A DNA stretch of 64,000 nucleotides from Bdellovibrionales bacterium (GTDB lineage Bacteria > Bdellovibrionota > Bdellovibrionia > Bdellovibrionales > DASUEL01), in assembly GCA_050250255.1 (NCBI GenBank), contig JBFWOZ010000001.1:64001-128000 (forward strand), written 5' to 3'. A model generated the notes under the pieces. It saw only the letters and a program-made list of their open reading frames with translations. It was not told where the DNA came from and searched no databases. A program made the position numbers and the translations under genes. Positions 55,780 through 64,000 of this stretch are shown piece after piece (within the stretch, counting starts at the first letter, position 1; each line of letters opens with the position of its first letter).

Positions 55780-56652
55780 ATGTTGCATCAGCCTGTTTTA
55801 CTTCAAGAGGTTATGAATTTGCTAGAAGAAATGTCGAGATCTCCTCGTCGCATCATGGATGGCACTTTTGGTAGAGGTGGGCACACTCGTGCATTTCTAC
55901 AAAAATATCCAGAAGCTCAAGTTGTTGCGTGTGATCGTGATGCTGAAGCCATCACTTATGGTGAAGAAGAGTTAAAAGAATCTGTAAAGCAGAACAAACT
56001 CATTTTTAAACATAAAAACTTTGCAGAAATTCGCTCTGAAGAAGTGGGTCATTTTGATGGCATTCTTGTGGACTTGGGTGTGAGTTCTCCACAGTTAGAT
56101 CAAGGCCATCGTGGTTTTAGCTTTTTACATGACGGTCCACTTGATATGCGAATGGATGTTCGTGAAACTCTAACGGCTGCAGAAATTGTAAACACCTGGT
56201 CTTCGTCTGAACTCAAAAGAATTTTTGTAGAATTAGGGGAAGTTTCTCGGCCTGATAGAGCGATTCAGAACATTGTAAAAGAACGTCAACTTCAGGCTTT
56301 TGAAACAACCGCGCAGTTGGCGGATACCATCGCAAAAGCGGATGGGTGGAGAAGAAAAGGTTTTCATCCTGCCACTCAATATTTTATGGCTTTACGTATG
56401 CAAGTGAATCACGAGTTAGAAAGTATAGATTCTGCTTTAGAAACACTGATTGACTGCTTAGAGCCTCAAGGTCGTCTGATGATCATCACCTTCCACTCCA
56501 TCGAAGATCGTTTGGTGAAATACAAATTAAAATCTTTGCTCCACTTAGGAAGTTTGGTGAACAAAAAAGTGATCAAACCAAGCTGGAACGAGCAAAAAAA
56601 CAATCCCCGTGCAAGAAGCGCCAAACTCCGCTGCTTCGAAAGAGGTGTGTAA
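55780..56652 (+). CDS. rsmH: 16S rRNA m4C1402 methyltransferase
   Basis: HQPVLL, DGTFGRGGH, DLGVSSPQLD, PLDMRM and NPRARSAKLR motifs. Confidence 0.95.
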   Translation: MLHQPVLLQEVMNLLEEMSRSPRRIMDGTFGRGGHTRAFLQKYPEAQVVACDRDAEAITYGEEELKESVKQNKLIFKHKNFAEIRSEEVGHFDGILVDLGVSSPQLDQGHRGFSFLHDGPLDMRMDVRETLTAAEIVNTWSSSELKRIFVELGEVSRPDRAIQNIVKERQLQAFETTAQLADTIAKADGWRRKGFHPATQYFMALRMQVNHELESIDSALETLIDCLEPQGRLMIITFHSIEDRLVKYKLKSLLHLGSLVNKKVIKPSWNEQKNNPRARSAKLRCFERGV

Positions 56653-56951
56653 TGTCCAGTGCGTCTTATTTTAAACTCCGACCCTTTGTGAGCATTGCGA
56701 TTATTACTTGCACTCTCTTCGCGATTGTTTTCTTTAAAATGGAAGTGCGACGCATGGGCTATTCCGTTTGGAGACTTTCGCGATTTGAGCGTGCGGCTGC
56801 GGATAAAAAACGTTTAAAGGTGATCGATTACGCAAAACTCAATAGCCCCGGGCGGATCGAGCAGATTGCGCAAAAGCAGTTGGCTCTTGCCAAACCTAAT
56901 CGTGGCCAGATGGTTCAAATGAATGGCGAAATTGTTGTGTTACAACAGTAG
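56652..56951 (+). CDS. ftsL: Cell division protein FtsL-like
   Basis: TM plus L.SP.RIEQIA motif; lies between rsmH and ftsI. Confidence 0.75.
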   Translation: MSSASYFKLRPFVSIAIITCTLFAIVFFKMEVRRMGYSVWRLSRFERAAADKKRLKVIDYAKLNSPGRIEQIAQKQLALAKPNRGQMVQMNGEIVVLQQ

Positions 56952-56966
56952 ATGCAGCAGTAAAGG

Positions 56967-58928
56967 TTGAAGATGAAATCGAGATTGGTTGTTGTTTTTT
57001 TTATTTGTAGTGTGATGTGGTGTGGATTAGTTTTTCGAGCTGCTTTTTTGCAGATCTTGCCAAACGCACGTCTTGAAAAATTGCATTCGAAGCAATTTAA
57101 TACAGTCGTGGCTTTAACTCCTCGTCGGGGATTGATTCTCGATCGAAACGGGGTGGAGCTCGCAGCCTCGGTGGCCGCTTATTCTCTCTATGCAGACCCT
57201 TCTCTCGTGGACTCACCTCGCAAGACGGCCTTTAAGTTAGCTCCATTGATCGGCGAAAGTCCCGATCGTCTGTATAAAAAAATGAAAGATCGCGATCGTC
57301 GGTTTACATGGCTCGCTCGTCGCTTAGATCTTAGAGCGAAAGAAAAAATAGATAAGTTAAAACTTCGGGGTGTGGAATTTGTCGAAGAGAGTCGTCGCAT
57401 TTTTCCTAATGAATATATGCTCTCTCAGGTTTTAGGTTTTGTGGGGAACGAAGGTCAAGGTCTTGAAGGATTAGAAGCGCGTTTCGAAGACACTCTTCAG
57501 GGGAAGAAAAAGAAAATTTCTATGAGCCGCGATGCTCGTGGACGTCCGCTGATTGTTAACGGGCGCGTGTTTAGTGAGGCGGTTGATGGATCAGACATTC
57601 AACTGACCATCGACTCCACTTTGCAATACGCTTTGGAGCAAGAGTTAGATGCAGCTGCAAAAGCGCAGGATGCGATTTCTGCAGTGGGAGTCGTGCTCGA
57701 TGCACAAACTTCAGAAATTTTGGCCATGGCTTCTTTGCCGACATTTAATCCTAACCAACCTCTAAAATTTGTAGGTGATCATCGTCGTAACCGCAGTATT
57801 ACAGATCCTATCGAACCCGGCAGTACCATCAAAACTTTTACCATTGCCGGGATTTTAAAGGCGGGACTTGCGGCGCCAAACACAAAGTTTGATTGTGAAA
57901 ACGGTTCTTTTAAAATTGGAAAAAGAAAAATTGGCGAGGCCCATCGAGACCAACACTGGGGTATGCTCACCGTGAGCGAGATCCTTGCGCTTTCTTCGAA
58001 CATTGGCAGCGCTAAAATTGGTTTTCAAATGGGAGCCCCTTACTTAGAGCAGACGCTTCGTGAATTTGGATTTGGTGAAAAAACGGGAATAGAATTAACG
58101 GGTGAATCTCGAGGATTAATCCCACCACTTCCATGGAACGATCATTTGCTCGCCAATATTTCTTTTGGCCATGGGATTTCAACCACACCGCTTCAGTTAG
58201 CAAATGCGTATGCCGCAGTGGCAAATGGGGGTGTTCTCAACAGGCCCTTTCTTGTAAAAGAAATTCGCAATAAAGAAACCGGTGAAGTTGAATTTTTTGA
58301 GCCTAAAAAAATACGTAAAGTCTTAGAGGAGAAAGATGCCGCTTCGTTGAGATACATGCTTATGGGAGTCACTTCTGAGGGTGCGACGGGCATTAAAGCC
58401 AGAGTCAAAGGCTTTCCCGTGGCAGGAAAAACCGGAACCTCACAAAAGTTAAAAGAAGACGGGACATATTCACACCAATCTTTTATTTCCAGCTTTGCGG
58501 GTTTTATTCCTGCTAACGATCCTAAATATGTAATCTACATCGCGGTGGATGATCCCAAGGTGAGCTATTACGGTTCGGAGCTTGCGGCCCCCATTTTTTC
58601 TAAAATTGCTTCTATAGCAGTTCGTCGTGGCGGATTATCACCTACTTTGATTTCTCAAGAGAATGTTCTTCGCTCTGGAGGATTTACAACGGCTAACAAT
58701 AACAAGATCGCTCGCCATGTGGCCGCTCAAGTTGATGCGGAAGGTGCCGTAATGCCCTCTTTAAAAGGCTTAACTCTTCGAGAGGCACTTTCACTTCTTC
58801 AGCCTCACGGCATTCAAGTGAAGATTTCGGGCCATGGGCGTGTTGCGAGTATGTGGCCAGAGGCCGGGCAACCATTTACAGAGTCGCGCAAAGTTCATCT
58901 TTTTTTAGAGGATAAAGTTTCTCGATGA
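56967..58928 (+). CDS. ftsI: Class B PBP FtsI (PBP3) with C-terminal PASTA domain
   Basis: RGLILDRNG, EPGSTIK, SSNIG and KTGT motifs; PASTA-like tail. Confidence 0.93.
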   Translation: MKMKSRLVVVFFICSVMWCGLVFRAAFLQILPNARLEKLHSKQFNTVVALTPRRGLILDRNGVELAASVAAYSLYADPSLVDSPRKTAFKLAPLIGESPDRLYKKMKDRDRRFTWLARRLDLRAKEKIDKLKLRGVEFVEESRRIFPNEYMLSQVLGFVGNEGQGLEGLEARFEDTLQGKKKKISMSRDARGRPLIVNGRVFSEAVDGSDIQLTIDSTLQYALEQELDAAAKAQDAISAVGVVLDAQTSEILAMASLPTFNPNQPLKFVGDHRRNRSITDPIEPGSTIKTFTIAGILKAGLAAPNTKFDCENGSFKIGKRKIGEAHRDQHWGMLTVSEILALSSNIGSAKIGFQMGAPYLEQTLREFGFGEKTGIELTGESRGLIPPLPWNDHLLANISFGHGISTTPLQLANAYAAVANGGVLNRPFLVKEIRNKETGEVEFFEPKKIRKVLEEKDAASLRYMLMGVTSEGATGIKARVKGFPVAGKTGTSQKLKEDGTYSHQSFISSFAGFIPANDPKYVIYIAVDDPKVSYYGSELAAPIFSKIASIAVRRGGLSPTLISQENVLRSGGFTTANNNKIARHVAAQVDAEGAVMPSLKGLTLREALSLLQPHGIQVKISGHGRVASMWPEAGQPFTESRKVHLFLEDKVSR

Positions 58929-60436
58929 AACTACAGAAAAAGCTCACAGAATTACTGGAGTCGCACCTCGCAGCTGGTGTAGTGAAGCGAGTTCAAGGCT
59001 CCCCGGAAACGACTGTTACAGGTTTGTGCGCAGATAGCCGTAAACTTCAACCTGGTTTTTTATTTGTTGCGACCCGGGGAAGCGTAGACGATTCTCACAA
59101 ATATTTAAAGCAAGTTGTGGAAGCAGGTGCTGTCGCTCTCTTAGTAGAAAAACGAGATTTGGTTCCAAAAGAATTTCAAGGTCCCGTGTATGTTGCCTCT
59201 CATCCCAAAAAAATTCTTGGTGAGCTGGCCGAGACATGGAACGAATCGCCTTCCGATAAAATGTTTTGTGTGGGAATCACGGGGACTAACGGTAAAACGA
59301 CCACGAGTCACATGGTAGAATGGCTCTTCCAAACAAAAGCACCTTGTGCCGTTATTGGTACCATAGACCACCATTTGGGTTCGCGTGTTTGGGAAACAGA
59401 TCTTACAACGCCCGGGGTGACAGAGCTACAATCCCGCCTAAAAGATTTCGTTCAGGCAGGAGCACAGTCACTGAGTATTGAAGTTTCGAGTCATGCGCTG
59501 GTGCAGGGGCGTGCTGACAATATTCAATTTGATGTCGCTATTTTTACGAATCTTTCGAGAGACCATTTAGATTTTCATAAAACCTTTGAAGACTACTTTG
59601 ATGCAAAAGCTCGTCTTTTTCGTGAGCTGATTGTCCATTCAAGAAAAAAAACAAAAGGCATGGTCATCAATACGGATGATGCATTTGGAAAAAAACTTTA
59701 TCAAGAAATGAAAAGCCAAAAATCTTCGGTGATTGGTTACGGACTTTCGGGGGCGGAGCTATCGGCGCATATTCTGTCCATCCGTTTTGAGGGAACCGAG
59801 TTTGAGTGTTCTTACGGAAAGGAAAAGCAAAAATTTTTCCTGCCTGCACCAAGTCGACATAATGTTTACAATGCCCTTGCGAGTATTGGAGCGGCTTTAT
59901 TTTACGGAATGAATTTAAAAGAATGTGCCGAGCGGCTCTCGCAATTCCCTGTTGTGCGCGGAAGATTAGAGCCGGTAGTAAATTCTAAGTCTCTGAACGT
60001 CTTTGTGGACTACGCGCATACGGATGATGCTCTTTCGAGTGTTTTAAAATCACTCCATGATTTAAAAGTGCTGAGTTCACCGTACTCTCGCATCATCACG
60101 GTCTTTGGTTGTGGTGGGGATCGGGATAAGGGGAAGCGGCCGCTCATGGCGCAAGCAGCACTTCAACATTCCGATGTGGTTATTGTAACCTCGGATAATC
60201 CGCGTACGGAGGATCCTCAGCAGATTGTAAATGATGTTCTTGCGGGGGTCGCTACAGATCAAAAACAGAAGGTAGAAATAATCATCGACCGAAAAAAAGC
60301 GATTGGCCGCGCTCTCGAAATAGCAAGGGCCCACGACGTAATTCTTATTGCGGGTAAAGGCCACGAGGATTACCAAATTATTGGAAAAGAAAAAATTCAC
60401 TTTAGCGACCGTGAAGTGGTAGAGTCTTATTTATGA
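58925..60436 (+). CDS. murE: UDP-MurNAc-tripeptide synthetase (meso-DAP type)
   Basis: GTNGKTT, EVSSH, DYAHT and DNPR motifs. Confidence 0.96.
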   Translation: MKLQKKLTELLESHLAAGVVKRVQGSPETTVTGLCADSRKLQPGFLFVATRGSVDDSHKYLKQVVEAGAVALLVEKRDLVPKEFQGPVYVASHPKKILGELAETWNESPSDKMFCVGITGTNGKTTTSHMVEWLFQTKAPCAVIGTIDHHLGSRVWETDLTTPGVTELQSRLKDFVQAGAQSLSIEVSSHALVQGRADNIQFDVAIFTNLSRDHLDFHKTFEDYFDAKARLFRELIVHSRKKTKGMVINTDDAFGKKLYQEMKSQKSSVIGYGLSGAELSAHILSIRFEGTEFECSYGKEKQKFFLPAPSRHNVYNALASIGAALFYGMNLKECAERLSQFPVVRGRLEPVVNSKSLNVFVDYAHTDDALSSVLKSLHDLKVLSSPYSRIITVFGCGGDRDKGKRPLMAQAALQHSDVVIVTSDNPRTEDPQQIVNDVLAGVATDQKQKVEIIIDRKKAIGRALEIARAHDVILIAGKGHEDYQIIGKEKIHFSDREVVESYL

Positions 60437-61851
60437 AATCGGATGTCCCTGATTTTTCATTGCAAGATGTTTTGGATGGTACTCACGGTGAGGTTCTGCT
60501 GAAGAAGCATGAACATTTTTATGGGGTTGCGACGGACTCCCGACAGAAAAACGAACAAAGGGTGTTCTTTGCTCTTCAGGGAGAAAACTTTGATGCTCAC
60601 CAATTTTTAGACGCCGCCGTTCAATCTGGTGCAACGGCGTTAGTCGTACATAAAAAACCTGAGCAGCTTGAAAGCTTGGGAGTCACGGTCATTCAAGTGG
60701 AGAATACTTTGATGGCCTTGCAAAGATTTTCTCAATACTGGAGAAAAAAACTTGGGACCAAAATAGTCGCGATTACAGGTTCGAATGGAAAAACCACCAC
60801 CAAAGAATTTACGGCCACCATCCTTTCTACAAAACTAAAGACCCATTATTCAAAAGGAAGTTTTAACAATCACTTTGGATTGCCTCTAAGTCTTCTTCAG
60901 TTAAGGCCTCAGCACGACGTTGCGGTTATGGAAATGGGGATGAATCATCCCGGTGAAATCAAAGAGCTTGTTCGAGTCGCAGACCCCGATGTGGTTGTTG
61001 TGACAACCGTAGGGCGCGCTCACCTTGAGGGCTTAGGAAGTCTTGAAGCGGTGGCGGCGGCTAAGGAAGAAATTTATCTTGCAGCTCGTCCGAATGCTAC
61101 TCGTATATATAATTTAGATAATGCCTTTACGCATGCCATGTTGGCTCGTGCTCCTAAGTCAGCTCGGACTTTTACATTTTCTGGTTTGAACCCCAAAGCG
61201 GATGTTCATTTAAAAGAAATGGTTTCGAAATTAGATTTTATGATTGTGAATGGAGTCATTGCGGGTGAGCCAGGGCAAGTGCAAATTCCTGTTTTCGGCA
61301 GGCAGAACATCACAAATCTTATGACGGCGGCTTGTTTGGCTCTGGCGTGTGACATTGAACCTGATCTCATTTGGAAAGGACTCTCTCAGTGTAAAACCAT
61401 TTGGGGTCGCAACCAAGTTTACAAATTAAACGATGGTGCTCGAGTGATCTTTGATGGTTATAACGCCAATCCAGATAGCATGTTAGCGTTGATCGAAAAC
61501 TTTTCTCGGCTCAGTGTGAATGGACAAAAAGTCGCGATCATTGGGGAAATGCTTGAGATGGGAGCGCATGCAGGAGATGTTCACGAGGAGATTGGGCGCA
61601 AGATCGGATCGGGAAGTTTTGATGTTGTGTGGTTTTTGGGCTCACAAGGTGAGTTTTTTCAGCGCGGAATCAGAAGCTCGGATTTTTCGAAAAAACTAAT
61701 TATTTCAGATGGTTATGAAGAATCTATTGCCAGAGAAATATTGTCTATGTTACAACCTAACGACGTCGTCATGATGAAAGGTTCACGAGGTATGAAGTTA
61801 GAAAAAATCATGCTTTTGTGGGACCCAGAACACTTCACAGCTAAGGCGTAA
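60433..61851 (+). CDS. murF: UDP-MurNAc-pentapeptide synthetase
   Basis: GSNGKTTTKE, EMGMNHPGEI, YNANPDS and KGSRGM motifs. Confidence 0.96.
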   Translation: MKSDVPDFSLQDVLDGTHGEVLLKKHEHFYGVATDSRQKNEQRVFFALQGENFDAHQFLDAAVQSGATALVVHKKPEQLESLGVTVIQVENTLMALQRFSQYWRKKLGTKIVAITGSNGKTTTKEFTATILSTKLKTHYSKGSFNNHFGLPLSLLQLRPQHDVAVMEMGMNHPGEIKELVRVADPDVVVVTTVGRAHLEGLGSLEAVAAAKEEIYLAARPNATRIYNLDNAFTHAMLARAPKSARTFTFSGLNPKADVHLKEMVSKLDFMIVNGVIAGEPGQVQIPVFGRQNITNLMTAACLALACDIEPDLIWKGLSQCKTIWGRNQVYKLNDGARVIFDGYNANPDSMLALIENFSRLSVNGQKVAIIGEMLEMGAHAGDVHEEIGRKIGSGSFDVVWFLGSQGEFFQRGIRSSDFSKKLIISDGYEESIAREILSMLQPNDVVMMKGSRGMKLEKIMLLWDPEHFTAKA

Positions 61852-61895
61852 GACGGCGCCCTAGTAAAAAATGAAGTCATAAGGTTGCGGTCAGA

Positions 61896-62972
61896 ATGTT
61901 GTATAACTTGCTCTATTCGTTTTCCGATCAAATCAGTGCGTTTAACGTTTTCCGATACATTACCTTCCGAACATTTCTCTCGTTTCTCACGGCCTTCTTA
62001 TTTTGTTGGTTGTTTGGTCCGAGATTTATTAATCGCCTTGTCCGCAAACAAGTAGGGCAAACGATTCGCGAAGATGGTCCGCAAACACATAAGAAAAAGC
62101 AAGGTACACCTACAATGGGTGGTGGTTTGATTTTACTGAGTGTGCTGTTTCCACTTTTTATGTGGATGGATATCGCGAACCCCCTTCTTATCGGTTGCAT
62201 CACGGTGACATTTACGTTTGGATTGATCGGCTATCTCGATGATTTTCTCAAGGTTTCCAAGAAAAACACCAAAGGTCTTTCTGGAAAACTCCGCTTGCTT
62301 TTAGAATTTGCTATTTCGGGTATCGTTGTTGCCACTTTGATTTATACCAATAGCCTTTCCTCTGTTTTGTCGGTTCCTCTTTTTAAAGGTGTTGCGATCG
62401 ACTTAGGATATTTCTACGTACCGTTTGCGGCACTCGTCATTGTTGGTTGTGCAAATGCGGTGAACTTAACAGACGGACTTGATGGTTTGGCGATTGTACC
62501 GTTCATTATCGCCGCCACGACGTTTATGTTGTTTGCCTATATTGTCGGTCATTCACAAATTGCTAATTATCTTCAGATAGCGCATGTCCCTGGCTCAGGG
62601 GAACTTGCGCCTTTAGCGGCCGCTTTTGTGGCAGCAGGTCTCGGCTTTCTCTGGTACAACACCTACCCCGCTCAAGTTTTTATGGGTGATATCGGAAGTT
62701 TAAGTTTGGGTGGTTTTTTAGGAACTATGGCCGTTCTTACAAAGAACGAACTTCTGTTGGTTGTGATCGGTGGAGTGTTCGTGGCGGAAGCTCTCTCGGT
62801 GATTGCGCAAGTTGCTTCGTTTAAGTTAACTGGAAAACGAGTTTTGAGAATGGCCCCCCTTCATCATCATTATGAATTGAAGGGTTTATCGGAACCGAAA
62901 GTGATTGTTCGTTTTTGGATCGTTTCTATCCTGCTAGCGGCTTTAAGCTTAGCCACTCTCAAGTTGCGGTAA
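61896..62972 (+). CDS. mraY: Phospho-MurNAc-pentapeptide transferase
   Basis: [18 protein letters not shown] and MAPLHHH motifs. Confidence 0.97.
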   Translation: MLYNLLYSFSDQISAFNVFRYITFRTFLSFLTAFLFCWLFGPRFINRLVRKQVGQTIREDGPQTHKKKQGTPTMGGGLILLSVLFPLFMWMDIANPLLIGCITVTFTFGLIGYLDDFLKVSKKNTKGLSGKLRLLLEFAISGIVVATLIYTNSLSSVLSVPLFKGVAIDLGYFYVPFAALVIVGCANAVNLTDGLDGLAIVPFIIAATTFMLFAYIVGHSQIANYLQIAHVPGSGELAPLAAAFVAAGLGFLWYNTYPAQVFMGDIGSLSLGGFLGTMAVLTKNELLLVVIGGVFVAEALSVIAQVASFKLTGKRVLRMAPLHHHYELKGLSEPKVIVRFWIVSILLAALSLATLKLR

Positions 62973-63021
62973 AAAAATAATTAAAAGTGATTTACAGAAT
63001 TGTTAAAAGAAGTGAGGTTTT

Positions 63022-64000
63022 ATGTTTGAGTTAAAAGATAAAAAGATTCTTGTTGTTGGATTGTCAAAGACGGGTGTTTCGCTTGCACGCTTCTTGGTAG
63101 AGCAAGGGGCCGTTGTTACTTTGAGTGATCATAAGAGTCAGGCCGAATTAACAGGTGCTTTGGAAGAGATTGCCGGTCTTCCTATTAAATTAGATCTTGG
63201 TGGCCATACTCCAAAGCTTTTCATTGAGCAGGATTTGATCGTTTTGAGTCCTGGTGTTTCTCCGGAGCTTAAGATTTTTGACTATGCTAGGCATCATGGC
63301 GTTCGCGTGACGAACGAATTAGAACTCGCGGCTTCTTTTGTCCAGGAACCTATTATCGCCGTGACCGGAACTAACGGAAAAAGCACCGTTTGCCAATTGG
63401 CCTACGAATTTTTGCAAAAATCTGGCGTAAAAGTGTGGCTAGGTGGAAACTTCGGAACACCCCTTACAGAATATGTACGCAGCAAAGAGAAGGCTGACGT
63501 TGTTATCGTAGAAGTCTCCAGTTTTCAGCTCGAGCTTTGTGAAAAATTTAATCCTAAGACGATCGTGCTGACGAACATTGCCGAAAATCATTTGGATCGT
63601 CATCGGTCTTTCGAAGATTACATGGGCGCAAAAAGACGTATTTTTCAAAACACTTCTCAAACAACGACAAGCGTTTTGAATGCGGACGATAATTTAGTGG
63701 TCGATATCGCACGCGATCCACTGGTGCAGCGTGGACGTATTTTTTACTTCTCACGCAAACCAGCTCTTGAACCGCAAATCATGAATATTGGTGGTGCGGT
63801 CACAATTAAAGAAGAGATTCGTGTTCGTTTAGGCCCTGATATTGAAAAGTTTTATGTTGATAAAATTGCGATGCGCGGTCGTCACTCCATTGAAAACGTT
63901 ATGGCGGCGATCTTGGCTACTCGTGAGCACGGGGCTAAAGCCGAGGTCATCCAAGAGATCATCAACTCTTTCTCAGGACTCCCACACCGTATTGAATATG
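63022..64000 (+). CDS. murD: UDP-MurNAc-L-Ala:D-Glu ligase (partial, runs off the window)
   Basis: ATG 63022 MFELKDKKILVVGLSKTG; LSPGV, GTNGKST, EVSSFQL and HLDRH motifs; ends GLPHRIEY. Confidence 0.93.
   Translation, partial: MFELKDKKILVVGLSKTGVSLARFLVEQGAVVTLSDHKSQAELTGALEEIAGLPIKLDLGGHTPKLFIEQDLIVLSPGVSPELKIFDYARHHGVRVTNELELAASFVQEPIIAVTGTNGKSTVCQLAYEFLQKSGVKVWLGGNFGTPLTEYVRSKEKADVVIVEVSSFQLELCEKFNPKTIVLTNIAENHLDRHRSFEDYMGAKRRIFQNTSQTTTSVLNADDNLVVDIARDPLVQRGRIFYFSRKPALEPQIMNIGGAVTIKEEIRVRLGPDIEKFYVDKIAMRGRHSIENVMAAILATREHGAKAEVIQEIINSFSGLPHRIEY

Overview
Chromosomal core-genome window from a bacterium whose gene content and order best fit the Bdellovibrionota (inferred from gene content, not from a marker search). 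It contains motAB, a DEDDh-WYL exonuclease, an LspA-HAMP fusion, dacB plus a lytic transglycosylase, an M14 carboxypeptidase, a class II aldolase, trmFO, dciA and an Mla/Mce ABC operon with an M23 peptidase. These are followed by a sigma54-driven flagellar basal-body/hook operon (small ORF, AMIN-TPR protein, receiver-less bEBP, flgBC fliEFGHIJ, MotE-like, fliK, flgD, TIGR02530-like, flgE), pfkA, HU, a group of orphan lipoproteins, recN/nadK and a giant internally duplicated lipoprotein. The last third holds fadD, a Ser/Thr kinase, coaE, beta-barrels, hpt/upp and the start of the dcw cluster (rsmH ftsL ftsI murE murF mraY murD'). No rRNA, tRNA, CRISPR array, transposase or prophage was seen. 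The most interesting signals are: (1) a two-hairpin RNA element between the TIGR02530-like gene and flgE, a candidate protein-RNA control system for hook synthesis; (2) a helically phased array of four TACnnGGATCCnnGTW palindromes between lspA and dacB; (3) a Zn-ribbon/TM/linker protein ending in a secretin-like domain; (4) a class II aldolase with a candidate microcompartment encapsulation peptide; (5) a lipoprotein with a 42% tyrosine tail; and (6) three palindromic MITE-like elements, two sharing internal motifs and one lying upstream of the HU gene.
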